DNA of 64,000 bases, taken from positions 115,258,001 to 115,322,000 of the forward strand of contig OX597822.1 in NCBI GenBank assembly GCA_951406725.2. The letters are read 5' to 3'. Numbering within the stretch: the first letter of the stretch is position 1; each line of letters begins with the position of its first letter. The notes under the pieces were generated by a model that saw only the letters and a program-made list of their open reading frames with translations, was not told the origin of the DNA and did no database searches. Of the stretch, positions 1-16,339 are shown one piece after another. The stretch is from Octopus vulgaris (lineage: Eukaryota). Position numbers and translations under genes: made by a program.

Positions 1-680
1 AAAACTGCGTTTTATGCCTTTTTCTTCTATACAACTTTTCAAATCTTTAAGGATAGTCCCTAATGCACTTATAACTGCTGGGGTACATTTTACCCGCACT
101 TTCCATAGTCTCTGTAATTGAGTGGTCAGGTCCTGATACTTTGCTATTTTTCTACACTTTCATATTAATTTTTACATCCTTTGGGACTGTAAAGTCGCTT
201 ATCTGGCACTTTCTATTCCCTTTATCTACTACTACCAAATCAGGCCTTCTAGCTTCTATTACACTGTCAGTCTGAATGTTAAAGTCCCATACGTTTCTTA
301 CTTTCTAGTACTTTACTAGGTTCATGTTCATACCATCTATCAGTAGCTTTCTACATTACTCCCAGTGGATTACTCTGCCTAGATTGTCATGTCCTTCCTT
401 ATATTCTTTCTGTGCCAGCATGCTACATTCACTTACTATATGAGTAACGCTTTCCTCTTTTGATTTGCATAATATCTACATTGAAAATCTATTTGGCTAT
501 CTTAGCTTTCATCAAATTAGTCTTTAATGTTTGATCATATGCTGCTACTAACACACTTCCTGTCTCCTTTTTCAGCCTTCCTTTCTGCAACTATAACCAT
601 GTCTCACTACTACTATTTACTGCAACTATCTTTGGGAATCTACCATGCAAAGCCTTCTCCTGCCAATATGACATCTACCT
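1..680 (-). mobile_element. Decayed C-terminal part of an R4/Dong-like non-LTR retrotransposon (zinc knuckle plus restriction-like endonuclease)
   Basis: Manual minus-strand translation gives, in the expected order and with frameshifts: WQEKALHGRF, GRLKKETGSVLVAAYDQTLKTN, CKSKEESVTHIVSECSMLAQKEYKEGHDNLGRVIHWE, WDFNIQTDSVIEARRPD, PAVISALGTILKDL. Runs off the window edge. Confidence 0.85.
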
Positions 681-707
681 TTACATTGTAACAGAGAGAG
701 AAATATG

Positions 708-802
708 ACAGATAGACAGACAGATAGATGGATGGATAAATAGATAGATAGAAAGATAGTTAGCTAGCTAGCTAGCTAGGTAGATAGATAGGTATATTGA
801 TT

Positions 803-839
<37 letters not shown>

Positions 840-840
840 G

Positions 841-914
<74 letters not shown>

Positions 915-915
915 T

Positions 916-946
<31 letters not shown>
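708..946. repeat. (GATA)n microsatellite abutting the 3' end of the Tx1-like LINE
   Basis: Direct tandem repeat. Confidence 0.97.
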
Positions 947-947
<1 letters not shown>

Positions 948-1990
948 GTTTCTTTATTGGCCACACAGGGCTGCACACAGATGGGACAAGTTACAAGGTA
1001 GAGCTTTTCTTTTGGGGGATGAAAAAAACAAAAGAAACAAAAAAAGGGGTGGCGTAGGTTTTCGATCAAGAGGGATCGTAAAAGGGAAACAAAAAAAAAA
1101 AAATAAAAAAAAAAAAAGAAAAATTTAAAAAAAAAGAAGAAAAAAGGAAAAGGAACAAAAGAAAAGAGAAATGAAAAAGAAGAAAAAATGGGAAGAAAAG
1201 GGGAAGAGGAAAAAAAACCGATCAATAGGGATCGTGTATCACAGTGTTATGATATATGGTGTAAAGGGGAAAGCAAGTAAGGTTTATCCATGGGAAGAAA
1301 AGCCTACGAAAAAGACCACGGTAACCTTGGTCAATATTGTTATATGTTACCACATTTGTTTGCAAGTGGGTAACCCTCTGTTTTCAATTTCTGGGTTCAT
1401 AGGATTATGCTCAAGGTGGCTTCGTCATTCATACGTGCCATCCTTGCTACATTCACCCATCTTTTTTTAAAACATTCGCTAGACAAAACATTGCCTCTCT
1501 ACTCTCACTTTCCTTTTCAAGTGGTACTTGAAGAAGTTGATGAGAGATTGACCAGAGAGGAAAGTGTTTGTCTCCAATCCTTTCAGACGCGTCCACCAGA
1601 TACATTCTTTCGCCATAGCCACAAGGATGATGAAAATAGCTCTTCCTTCCCGTTTGAAGGAAGGAGGCGTGACAATATTGACGATAGACTCAGCTGATAA
1701 ACCGACTCGTCCCACACGCGACAGCAGTTGTTCGACATAAGCCCACAGGTCGGAAATTGTTGGACACTGCACGAGTGCGTGCAGAACGGTTTCGTCGCTC
1801 TGACCGCATCTCGGGCAGGTCGGCCCCGTGTTTCTCGAGCCGTGTCTGTAGAGCTTATCCCGAACGGGTAGCGCTTCTCGGTAGCACTGCCAGGCCAGGG
1901 ATCTCTGGAAGTTGTCCATGGGCCCTGGCCCGAAAGTCGTCCCGAACAGGCGGGTCAGGTACTCCTCGTCGACGTCCAGGTTCATCCCTC
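947..1990 (-). mobile_element. 5'-truncated Tx1/L1-clade LINE: ORF2 C-terminus plus 3' UTR
   Basis: ORF 1479-1985 has a zf-RVT-like motif (LAWQCYREALPV...CPRCGQSDETVLHALVQC...LW). It is followed by a T-rich 3' UTR, AATAAA near 953-958 on the minus strand and a (TATC)n tail. Confidence 0.85.
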
Positions 1991-2542
1991 TGATGCTAAT
2001 AAAATAAAGATTCAGTCAAGTACTGGAATCGATGTAATTCACTTGCACACCGCTCCCACTCAAAACTGTAGGCCTTATGCCAACATTAGAAAGAATTATT
2101 CCCTGATTAACGAAAGAGGCAGCACATAGATATTCAAAAAATATTTAGCTTATTTCATTTTCTTTATGCAACTTATGTCAGATATGTGCCTAAGTAGTGT
2201 TTATTCACCGTATTTATTCATTTTATTTGTATATCTATTTATTTATTTATTGTTGAAGTTATACGAGTTTGCTATATTTGTGGTCGTTGCTGATTGATTG
2301 TTCCCTACAACCTCGGCATTCATGAAGTATACGACACGATTGAAGCAGACGACAACGACAAAATCAGACGACAGCGACAAAAGCTGGCGACAGCCAGAAA
2401 TAAAGGTGTGGTTTGTATGTAACAGTGACTATATCCGTTTCGGAAAATCCCACCGGAAGTTCCTGTCATGATCAATCCAGATAAAACTATTTTCTCAGCT
2501 TGAATATTCAAGTTCAATTTCTTTCCATCATGTTTATATTGC

Positions 2543-2726
2543 AGCACGCCAGGGGAAATGCTTAGTGGTATTTCGTCTGCCGTTACGTTGTGAGTTCAAA
2601 TTCCGCCGAGGTCGACTTTGCCTTTCATCTTTTCGGGGTCGATAAATTAAGTACCAGTTACGCACTGGGGTCGATGTAATCGACTGGCCCCCTTCCCCAT
2701 AATCTGTGCCTAGAGTAGAAAAGAAT
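2543..2726 (+). mobile_element. SINE family A (tRNA-like head, core GCCTTTCATCCTTTCGGGGTCGATAAA..AAGTACCAG), representative copy
   Basis: Same sequence recurs more than 20 times, e.g. 17914-18135+, 18146-18350+, 18843-19052-, 19410-19585-, 19905-20090-, 30980-31150+, 36492-36670+, 43830-44026-, 45580-45805+, 45890-46103-, 56343-56500+, 56835-56970+, 61498-62000+, 62205-62415+. B-box-like GAGTTCAAATTCC. Confidence 0.9.
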
Positions 2727-2879
2727 ATGTTTACATTGTTCAAGCTATCTTTAACTTGCTTCAGTCATTTGATGGGGCACCATTTTCAATAATTTTTAGA
2801 CAAGTGAATCGACCCCAGTAAATAGAGAAAAGAGCATAGAGCTAACTGACAAATCTTTCCTCACTAATCATATATCTTT

Positions 2880-3260
2880 TATTCTTTACTTATTTCAGTC
2901 ATTGGACTGTGCCCATAGTGGGACACTGCACTCAAGGGATTGGTCAAAGAAATCGGCCCCAATACTTTTTTGGGTTTTTTCGTAAGCCTGAAACTTATAT
3001 CGGTCCCTTAGTTACAGAGACGTAAATATTCCAACATCAGTTGTTAAGCGATGGTGAGATACAACGAGAGGTATAAAGTCATACACAGGTAAATATATAT
3101 ATATTTATTTACGACAGGCTTCTTTCAGTTTCCGTCTACTACATCCACTTACATGTCTTTGGCCGGCCCGAGGCTATAGTAGAAGAAACTTGCCCAAGGT
3201 GACACACACTGGGATCAAACCCGGAAGCAAGCTTCTTACCACACAGCCACGTCTGCCCCT
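2880..3260 (-). mobile_element. SINE family B copy (bipartite, internal TA/TG microsatellite)
   Basis: Matches the copies at 28920-29290, 31265-31665, 41038-41420 and 52218-52530. Confidence 0.85.
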
Positions 3261-3528
3261 ATATATGCATTTACACACACGCACACACACATATATATAT
3301 ATATATATATACACACATGCTCACACTTATCTTCATATGCATACACACATATAATTGTATGCTTTGGTGAAATACATATTACGAGAATAATTTGACTTAA
3401 GGTCCGGTTAACTATTCCACTCCTACATCTTTGTTCTAGGTGCGTATATATATGTGTGTGTGTGTATGTGTGCGTGTATGTGTGTGTGTGTGTATGTATG
3501 TATATATGTATGTATGTATGTTTGTATG

Positions 3529-3561
<33 letters not shown>

Positions 3562-3775
3562 GTAGGATCAAGAGAACGAGGTGTATGAAGAAAGTTAGCT
3601 TCGAGCAATCCGTAGTCAATATAAAAAAAACAACTTCCAGGAACAACAGTGGTTTATTGAGACAGAAGGTTTCGGATTTTTTTCCCTTTATCGTAGGATG
3701 ATGAGCTGAAAAAATGTTCTTTTTATATTCCACGGTAGGCAATAAGGGTTGCTGGCTGTGCAAAAAAGAATGCAA

Positions 3776-4152
3776 GTGTTATGGAACTGGAATATGGAAA
3801 ATCCGGGCTACATATGTTTCAAAGCGAGTGGAACCTCAGAATTGGTAAAATCCAAGTGAAGTGTATACCACCGGCTACTCTTGGGGGCGCAGGATATCTT
3901 GATTAGATTAAAGTTTACATTGTCGCAAAGAGGTACATGTTGACGCAAAATGGATTCAATCAGGATGTGTGGAGTCTGAGTGAATCCTCTTCGCGTCTAC
4001 ATGTACATGTAGAATTTAATCTAATAAAGATATCCTTGGCCTGAAGAGTAGCCAGCGGTGTACACCTCACTTGGATTTTACATACTTCTGAGGTTCCACT
4101 CACTATGAAACATATGTAGCTCGGATTTTCCATACTCCAATTCCGTAACTCC
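3776..4152. mobile_element. Foldback/MITE-like inverted repeat, arms about 145 bp, spacer about 85 bp
   Basis: 3776-3920 (GTTATGGAACTGGAATATGGAAAATCCGGGCTACATATGTTTC...) is the diverged reverse complement of 4007-4152. Confidence 0.85.
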
Positions 4153-4274
4153 TATATATATATATTTCAATAGGTGAATGAATTATCCTATGTTTATCGT
4201 CAGCATGGAAAATTCGTTGAACCGATACCAGGGTAGCAAATTAACATCTTCGTTCGACTCCATTCTTTCATTTA

Positions 4275-4313
<39 letters not shown>

Positions 4314-4659
4314 CGATATGCTTTGGTGCAATACACGTTACCAAATTACTTTGGCCCAGGATCCGGTTAACCAACCATTCCACTCCTATATCCTTTTCCT
4401 GGTATGCATACATGATATGTTGATATGTGTGCGTTTCTATGTATCATGGGATCGACCAAGAAATCGGATGCTGCTATAGATAGCTAGTCATGATGCATGA
4501 ATGTGTGTATGTATGTATGTGTGTATGTATGTATGTATGTATGTATGTGTGTGTGTGTATGTGTGTATGTATGTATGTATGTATGTGTATATGTATGCAT
4601 GTATGTATGTATGTGTGTATGTATGTATGTATGTATGTGTGTACGTATGTATGTCCGTG

Positions 4660-4970
4660 CACGGCTTAATTACTAGAGTATTCGGCTCTCAATGGAAAGG
4701 TCGTGAGTTCGATTACCGACGGCGCATTGTGGCCTTGAGCAAACACTTTATGTCTCGTTGCTCTATTGCTATCAACTAGTAAACATGTACATGCAAATCA
4801 AAGGGGCCGTCCTTGTTACATTCTGTGTCACGCTGAATCTCCCTGAGACTAAGTTGAGGGCACGCGTGTCTGTAGAGTACTCAACCAGTTGAACTTTAAT
4901 TTCACGAACAGGCTGTTCCGTAGGATAGATCAACTAAAATACTCGTCGTCGTAACCGACGGAGAGCCGGT
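4660..4970 (+). mobile_element. SINE family C (tRNA-derived head) copy
   Basis: Related copies at 24903-25200+, 27627-27950+, 44830-45120-, 54299-54600+ and 55980-56290-. Confidence 0.75.
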
Positions 4971-5624
4971 CTTGTTTGTATGTGTGTATGTATGTATGTA
5001 TGTATGTATGTATGTATGTATGTATGTATGTATGTATGTATGTATGTATGTATGTATGTATGTATGCATGCAGATAATTATACATCAACGTTTAATATCA
5101 TTAAAGCTCCTGCAAGAATCCAGAACATTTCATATATATATGTTGTTGTTGTTTTTTGTTTTTGTTTTTGTTTTTGTTTTTGTTTTGTTTTTTTGTGGCT
5201 GCAATACATTTCAGAGATAGAAATTCAGATCGATTGTACTCAGATGAAGAGACCGAATTTACCTAAAACCTTTGCTCTTTCTTAATTATTATTTTTAATG
5301 TCTGGCGTACAATGATCCTATGTGTTCCTCTTTTGAATGTTTATATACACTATTTCATGCCAATTATTACCACTTCTAGCCTTGGATCCTGCGGTATTCT
5401 TTATGCTTCAACAGTTTCATTACTTTGTTTCAACACTGTGATCTTGGATATAGGACGCACAGACAAGGTCAAGTAACGTAGGTGCGTATGTGTAAGTGTG
5501 TGCGAGCATGAATATGCATGTATGTCATTATTCAACTTTATTTCAAGATTTCTTGCCAATAAAGTAAGACCTGGTTTCTAACCTAGTTCCGAAGCTACTT
5601 CACTGGAATTTCAACATCAACAAC

Positions 5625-6018
<394 letters not shown>

Positions 6019-6514
6019 GACATGAGTTGAAAAATCTTTGCGCGCACAAATTCTTCGACAAAGCGGAACGTGCAAATAGAATGAGATTTCTTATATAAAG
6101 ATAGAATGAAAGATGCTCTTCGTATTTGAGTTGTTTTTGTGTTAAACACGTTTCGCCTTGTTTAAAAATGTAAGCATGTATTCACCGCTGAAACCTAGGA
6201 TAACCAGCGCATGCGCACACATGTATATATATTTGCGTGGGAGAGTTTGTGCGCGAGTCATTAAACGCATGTATAAATGATATCTCATGCACAGGCTTCT
6301 AACAATTAGCCAATCTTTTTAGAGTATCATTTCGATATTCATGGAAGAATTTCTGGAAACAAACTCCTCGCCAAAATACTTGATTTTTTTATATATTCTT
6401 AAAGATATTTTTTTTAAACCTCTCGTTCGTTGTTATAAATTAATGACTGTAACCAATGGCAATAGTCCCTTGAAATTTCAAAAACGGGTCTCATGTTTTC
6501 ACATCTTTTAATTT

Positions 6515-6728
6515 TCTACTTGTTTCAGTCATTAGATAGCGGCCATGCTGGGGCCACATTCTAATGAAGGATTTCTCGTACAATTTTTCTCTAAACCTGG
6601 TACTTATTTTATTGGCTTCTTTCTGCTGAACTACTAACTTACGGGAACGTAAACAAACCAACACTGACTGTCATGTGGTAGTAGAAAACAACCAGAAACG
6701 CATACACGCACATATACAGTCACGCCCG

Positions 6729-6760
<32 letters not shown>

Positions 6761-6890
6761 CATATACTCCACTCACAAGGCTCGAGGCTACAGTAGAAGA
6801 CGTTTGTCCAGCATCCGCAGAGTGGGACTGAACACAGAACCATATGTTTAGGGAGCAAACTTCTTACCCGACAGCCACTCCTGCACCTAC
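6515..6890 (-). mobile_element. SINE family B copy
   Basis: Similar to other family B copies; a more decayed + strand copy lies at 7160-7560. Confidence 0.8.
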
Positions 6891-7939
6891 ATTTTAGTTT
6901 TTCCATAGATTTCTCTTTTTCTTTGCCCAATTACAATCTTCAAGGATTTGTTGTGAGATTTTCTTTTGATTAAAGTTAGAATTTATTTTTCATCATCTTT
7001 TACTTAATAAGATAACACAAATAGTTCTGGTGGTTATCTTGAAAAACTAACAAATTGCTGAGAGTTAATAAAGATCCATAAAATTCATAATTTCGTTTGA
7101 AATTGTGTTTTGTCTGAAATGGTTGATTTTTATTGATGATATGAAGTCCACGTACACATCAGGCGTGGTTAGGAATCTTCTTTTCTAACAATATGGTCTT
7201 GGGTTCAATACCACAGCGTGACACCTTGGGCAACTGTCTTCTAGTATAGCTCCAGGCCGACTATGCCCTTGTGAGTAGGTTTGCTAGGCGGAAATTGAAA
7301 GCCCGGTATGTATATATACAAATGTATGTGTGTGCGCGCGCGCTTGTGCAGTCTTTATATTTGTGATGTGATTGTCCTCACCGCCACAAAACTGGTGTTC
7401 GTTTGTTTACAGCCCCTGACTTCAGCTCTTCAGTGTAAAATACCGCTACCATAAATACTAGCTATTAAAGCATGTATGTACTGCGGTCGATTTGTTCAAC
7501 TACACCCTCTAAGGCGATAAGCCCAGCATGGCTGCAGTCCAATGACTGAAACATGCGAACACAGTCTTAGAGTAGAAAATCTTTGGAAACTTTCTTTATT
7601 TTATGTTATCAGTTATTTTTACACCAAGAAGTAAGCGTGCTATAGAAAGAACTATATTCAATTCTTTATGATTAAAATTAGTAAAAATCTGTTGATTGAA
7701 ATACGTATCCAGATAATGTTTGAAACAGTCTCGACTATGGAAAGAAATTGAATACATTACTGAACTGTAATATTTTGCATTATAAACATTTCAGCAAATC
7801 TTCATCTGACTTCATATTTTCATAACAGAACATTATATATCACTGGACTTGAAAGAACCCCACAGACCTAGGGAACAAGGTACCGTGAAAGATTCATTAA
7901 ACTAGTAATTTTACGATATATAAGTAATAATTCAAAATA

Positions 7940-8156
7940 TGATAAGTTGCTGAAAAGTTCCTGGCTTTAAGGGTTTCGTAAAAGGCCTGGTTAGAAGCCC
8001 ATCCGACCGAGTTCTTTTACAGGGTTTAGAAAAACTGAAGGACTGCTGTAATAAGTGTGTGGATCTGAGAGGGGAATATGTTGGATAAAATCATAATTAA
8101 CTGATCCTCCGGTATTTTCTTTTAGCCAAAGCCAGGAACTTTTCAATACCCCGTCG
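7940..8156 (+). mobile_element. Mariner-derived MITE
   Basis: TIRs TGAAAAGTTCCTGGCTTT / AAAGCCAGGAACTTTTCA, flanking TA, and the last codons of a mariner-like transposase (GLEKLKDCCNKCVDLRGEYVG*). Second copy at 62013-62193. Confidence 0.85.
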
Positions 8157-8628
8157 TATATCAGAAATACATAGAATTCAGTTTATTTTAAATATTCAAT
8201 CGCTGTATCCGCTGAAAACGGCATAGCCGTGCTAATTACTACACAAAAATACACACACACGTAAACACAAATACTCTACGAACGAATTATAAGCGCTCAG
8301 TCGTTAGATCAGCTGAACGACTTTTTCCATTGAATTAGCATATAAAATATTTGTGAGAAATCCATAAATACATGTGCTATTAATATAATCTTTAAATAAA
8401 ATCACTGTGACACAGTATAGCAAGGGTGGAACTCTGAATCAGAGGTGAGGCTCATCTGATTGGCTTCGACAGAGATTCCGTCTAAGGAAATCCCATCACA
8501 AAAAATGGAACGAACTGATGCTATATTAAAAGCGAAACGATACTTGTATAAGGTACCACGCAATGCGATCAAATTCTTGGTTTCGAAGCAAACTTCTAAA
8601 ACTCAAATTCAGGCTTTCATATGTGTGT

Positions 8629-8703
<75 letters not shown>

Positions 8704-8709
<6 letters not shown>

Positions 8710-8930
8710 TACTAAGGGCAACTACTTTCAGCCCGTGTCTTTGTGATAAAGATAAGATAGTTTTTGAGCCATTTGGCGTCTTCTAGCATGTGGCACTACT
8801 CAGTAGTTGCCCTTTATATAATTATATTTACAAAATTAAATACTTAGTATTAATTTTTTACCTAAATGGTTTTTTACATGTTAGCTACTTGATAAAACCA
8901 TATATAGATTTTATCCCTAACTATAATTAT
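8704..8930 (+). mobile_element. Short PLE-type terminal remnant with inverted 5' piece, embedded in (TA)n
   Basis: TAATTATACTAAGGGCAACTACT (8704-8726) is inverted at about 8802-8826. Shares CCATTTG..GTC..CTAGCATG and a terminal motif with 24290-24450 and 16700-16840. Confidence 0.5.
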
Positions 8931-9008
8931 ATATATATATATATACATATCGTTTTTATTATGCAAAAGTGTCTAAAACGATAGTCCAAAACGTTGCTTT
9001 TTCAATTG

Positions 9009-11289
<2,281 letters not shown>

Positions 11290-11369
11290 TAAGTAGATCA
11301 ACGATTTAAAACATTCTATCTATGGCTATTCCATCTTAATTATTTAATGTGTCTTTTTTTTAAAGGTTG

Positions 11370-11808
11370 TGGCGTGTTATTCGAAGTAGATTTTGTTGCC
11401 GAAAGACCTCTCAGTGTCTTCTCCTCAGCTTTTCTAACTATAATTTTATATATTTACACATATATATACACACACACACATATTTAATAGTAAACACGAA
11501 TGGTTTTTAGAATTTACTACTGGGGTTTCGGAAAGAATTTTATTTAATGTAGTCGTAGATAGATTACATCATTACATCATAATATCCTATGCAATCCGCT
11601 ATCATCAGTTAAGATTTCAAACAGTCGACCTAGACATCGCCAACATATGTTGGGCTGTCCAGATCGACTGGATTGTCTAGAATCTTACTTGTTTAAAGCT
11701 TCACCCGATCGTTGATTCTGTATTATGATGTGCAATTTTACGAGTAAATCAAGTAACATTCTATCAAGATAGCTGTCGTATATTTCATGTCGTATATTTC
11801 GTGTTTAC

Positions 11809-11844
<36 letters not shown>

Positions 11845-11849
11845 CAGAC

Positions 11850-11898
<49 letters not shown>

Positions 11899-14577
11899 TA
11901 GATAGACAGACAAGCAAACAGACAGACAGACAGATAGATGTACATATATATGTGAGTGTACCTAGCTATTTTCTGATATACCTTGATTCTTAAACAATCC
12001 TTATAACTAAATTATATATATATATGATACATTTAGCAATTCAACCACCACCGGCTGCTACACACTTTAGGTCTGCTTCTGATACATTCCTGTGTTTGTA
12101 CGCTAAGTATGATTTATAGAATGCTATTTTGAACATAATTCTGCTTCCGTTGTTAATAACGAATTTTTATCCAGTTTGCTGGCTAACAGCGATTTCTCAA
12201 TCAGTGTTTTTCTTTATCAGCCATGGCAAAATTTGTCTTCAGCGTTCTAACAATTGTGCTAATCTACTGTCCTTACGTACCTTAATAATAATGTTTACTT
12301 ACATACACACAAGATCTCAAGCTTTAAGTAAAAGGAACAGTCGATTACCCCAGGTCCAGTAATTAACTGGTGCTGTATTTTATCTATCCCCAAGAGGCAG
12401 TTGGATTTGAACTCAGAACGCAAATAGCCAGAACAAATACCGCAATACGTTTTGCCCGATGCTCTAAAGCCTTTACCAATGCACTGACCTTATATCAGTA
12501 ATAATTTAGATACAAGATCTTCAATTTCCAAAGGAGTGTTTAGCGGATACCATTGAGTTCAATACTTTAGTGTCTAGTTATTTTACCGTCCGCGGAGGGA
12601 TGAAAGGCAAAATTTACCAAGGAATATAATCATAATTAAATATCCCTTTCACTTGACTTCAGTAGGGTGTCTTTTACAAAGGCGGCGAATTGGCGAAGTC
12701 ATGAGGACAACGGAAGAAATTTCTTGCGGTATTTGTTTCGGATTTCTACGCTCTTAGTTCAAATCTCACCGAGGTCAACTCTGCTTCCTAACCGTTGGTG
12801 GTCGATACGAGCAAACTACCAGTCTAAAGCATCGAATTGGTAAAACAGTTAAAGTCGAAAGAGATGCACGGTGGCATTTGTTCTCTGCCCACCGAGTTCA
12901 GATCCCTCCAAGTCCAAATTAACCTTTTATTCCTTTGGGGTCGATGGACAAAGTACCAACCTGAGATGGCGTTTTTTTGGCGTGTTATTCGAAGTAGATT
13001 TTGTTGCCGAAAGACCTCTCAGTGTCTTCTCCTCAGCTTTTCTAACTATAATTTTATATATTTACACATATATATACACACACACACATATTTAATAGTA
13101 AACACGAATGGTTTTTAGAATTTACTACTGGGGTTTCGGAAAGAATTTTATTTAATGTAGTCGTAAAAGATTACATCATTACATCATAATATCCTATGCA
13201 ATCCGCTATCATCAGTTAAGATTTCAAACAGTCGACCTAGACATCGCCAACATATGTTGGGCTGTCCAGTCGACTGGATTGTCTAGAATCTTACTTGTTT
13301 AAAGCTTCACCCGATCGTTGATTCTGTATTATGATGTGCAATTTTACGAGTAAATCAAGTAACATTCTATCAAGATAGCTGTCGTATATTTCATGTCGTA
13401 TATTTCGTGTTTACTAATTTATACCTACGCTACATTAAGTTCCACTGGTGAGTCGGATCGAAGATTACAAATTAAATTTGCTACTTGTATATCTACAGTA
13501 TCCTGCCAACACTTGAAATCTATACTGCTGTTTTATTTCACTGTCAGCTCTAAGTGTTTGTACCTAGCTATTTTCTGATATACCTTGATTCTTAAACAAT
13601 CCTTATAACTAAATTATATATATATATGATACATTTAGCAATTCAACCACCACCGGCTGCTACACACTTTAGGTCTGCTTCTGATACATTCCTGTGTTTG
13701 TACGCTAAGTATGATTTATAGAATGCTATTTTGAACATAATTCTGCTTCCGTTGTTAATAACGAATTTTTATCCAGTTTGCTGGCTAACAGCGATTTCTC
13801 AATCAGTGTTTTTCTTTATCAGCCATGGCAAAATTTGTCTTCAGCGTTCTAACAATTGTGCTAATCTACTGTCCTTACGTACCTTAATAATAATGTTTAC
13901 TTACATACACACAAGATCTCAAGCTTTAAGTAAAAGGAACAGTCGATTACCCCAGGTCCAGTAATTAACTGGTGCTGTATTTTATCTATCCCCAAGAGGC
14001 AGTTGGATTTGAACTCAGAACGCAAATAGCCAGAACAAATACCGCAATACGTTTTGCCCGATGCTCTAAAGCCTTTACCAATGCACTGACCTTATATCAG
14101 TAATAATTTAGATACAAGATCTTCAATTTCCAAAGGAGTGTTTAGCGGATACCATTGAGTTCAATACTTTAGTGTCTAGTTATTTTACCGTCCGCGGAGG
14201 GATGAAAGGCAAAATTTACCAAGGAATATAATCATAATTAAATATCCCTTTCACTTGACTTCAGTAGGGTGTCTTTTACAAAGGCGGCGAATTGGCGAAG
14301 TCATGAGGACAACGGAAGAAATTTCTTGCGGTATTTGTTTCGGATTTCTACGCTCTTAGTTCAAATCTCACCGAGGTCAACTCTGCTTCCTAACCGTTGG
14401 TGGTCGATACGAGCAAACTACCAGTCTAAAGCATCGAATTGGTAAAACAGTTAAAGTCGAAAGAGATGCACGGTGGCATTTGTTCTCTGCCCACCGAGTT
14501 CAGATCCCTCCAAGTCCAAATTAACCTTTTATTCCTTTGGGGTCGATGGACAAAGTACCAACCTGAGATGGCGTTTT
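11370..14577. repeat. Tandem duplication with a unit of about 1.6 kb (11370-12975 / 12978-14577)
   Basis: Identical ORFs at 12129 and 13731 (offset 1602). Copies are near-identical except for block 11808-11958. Confidence 0.92.
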
Positions 14578-15023
14578 CGCGAAATTGACAGAGGGTCGAG
14601 TAAGATGCTTGTCGTATTTGTACCGGCTCTTTTCAGACTGAGTTCAAATTCCACTTTTTATAACCGACGCCCTACTGGTGGTGGGAAATAGCCTCACCGA
14701 GATCCGGGTAAAAGTAATACATACCTTTAATGTCAGACAGGACGATTGGCGGGAAGCAATATGTCGGTCAGGTTATATAAAATATATTTAGAGTAAGGAT
14801 GAATGAGCGGACCCTGCAAAACGGGATAAACGCTGGGACGGAAACCAAATATATAATAAATGTTATGACTCGTTACACAAGAATTAATTAAGGAGAAATA
14901 AATACATATTATTCCGTCATCAGACAAGTCATTATGCTCCACTTCTTCTAACCCTTCCAACTCCCTCGACCTCTCTCACTCCCCTCACCCCTTACTACAG
15001 TCATTAGCATATTCCCCACTCCA

Positions 15024-15083
<60 letters not shown>

Positions 15084-15507
15084 CCCTTTCACCGCCATCG
15101 CCCTCATCATTTTTACTACATTCCAGGGTGTTTCCCTTTTTTCGCGAAAGATATAAAGACTGTCGAAAAGTTCGTTGATAATCTTATATTTTTCTTTCTT
15201 TCATTCTTTCTTTTTTCCCTTTCTCTCATTCATTTATGTTTATATTTTCTATTTAGGATTTTTATTTTTATTGGGGTGGGCCTTTTTAAAAGTTTTGAAC
15301 ACGTTTTAGAAATTACTAGAATTATCTGCACCGTCTGATATATTCATATGTTTTGTTTTGAAGGCTGCCTACGTTTGGTTGTGTTTGTTTGTTATTACGT
15401 TTATAGATTTATATAAACATTTGTAAACACACACACACACTCACAGAGGTAGATCCACATACAAACGCACAGAGACACATGCCCACACATATACCAGTCA
15501 TACACAA

Positions 15508-15550
<43 letters not shown>

Positions 15551-16099
15551 TACATACATACATACATACATACATACATACATACATACATACACACACA
15601 CATAGACATTACACATGTGTGTGATTGTGCGTACATGCTTACATATAGATAGATACAGAGAGAGTGAGCGGAGGGAGAGAGAAAAGGGAGGAAGAAAAGA
15701 CGGATAGAGAGTCAGGGAGTGGAAAGGTCATGCGATTCTCTTTCACAATTATGAGTTTTCGGGTTCGATCACAAACAGAGACGTGTTAAGTAAATTTCTT
15801 TTAAGATAGCTTCTGGACGCTCGAATATTTGTGACGAATCAACAACACAGACTGCGGTCATACTGGAGCACCAACTTGAATGGTTTCACTTAAACAAGAA
15901 ATCGATCCCAGGACTCATTCTTTGTAAGATTAGTACTTATTCTATCGATGTGTTTTGCCGAACTGGTAAGTTACGGGGACATAAACACACCAGCATCGGT
16001 TGTCAAGCGATGGCGAGTGGACAAACACAGACCACAGATACACACACACACAGACCACACACACACACACACATACACACACACACACACACACATATG

Positions 16100-16280
16100 T
16101 ATATAGTGAGAATTTACAAAAAGCGAAAGACGAAGACGGGTGTGTAAAGAACAAACAGATGTATTAGTTTAAGTGAGAAAGTCTTTACGTTTCGAGCCGA
16201 CGCTCTTCGACAGAAAGGAACACAAAAATAAACAGGGAGAGAAAATAGAAAAAGGTTTAGTGGCTAACGATCTATCATGC
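16100..16280 (-). mobile_element. PLE pseudo-LTR-like remnant with hammerhead motif
   Basis: Homologous to 22720-22880, the 3' end of the GIY-YIG-bearing PLE. Confidence 0.75.
16182..16218 (-). ncRNA. Minimal type I hammerhead ribozyme motif, variant core
   Basis: Minus strand: cuuu CUGUCGA a GAGC gucg GCUC GAAA CG UA aag. Confidence 0.65.
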
Positions 16281-16322
<42 letters not shown>

Positions 16323-16339
16323 CGGACGGGCTTCTTTTA

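Noticed and set aside
6207-6216. NRF1-like GCGCATGCGC motif
   Set aside because: Isolated, and expected by chance in alternating purine-pyrimidine tracts.
14890-14930. CUGAUGA core on the minus strand; similar isolated cores near 11605, 28675, 43310, 53660 and 62985, and a GAAA-stem III half near 37570
   Set aside because: No complete stem II-GAAA-stem III-UH arrangement; possibly truncated relics, but not supportable.
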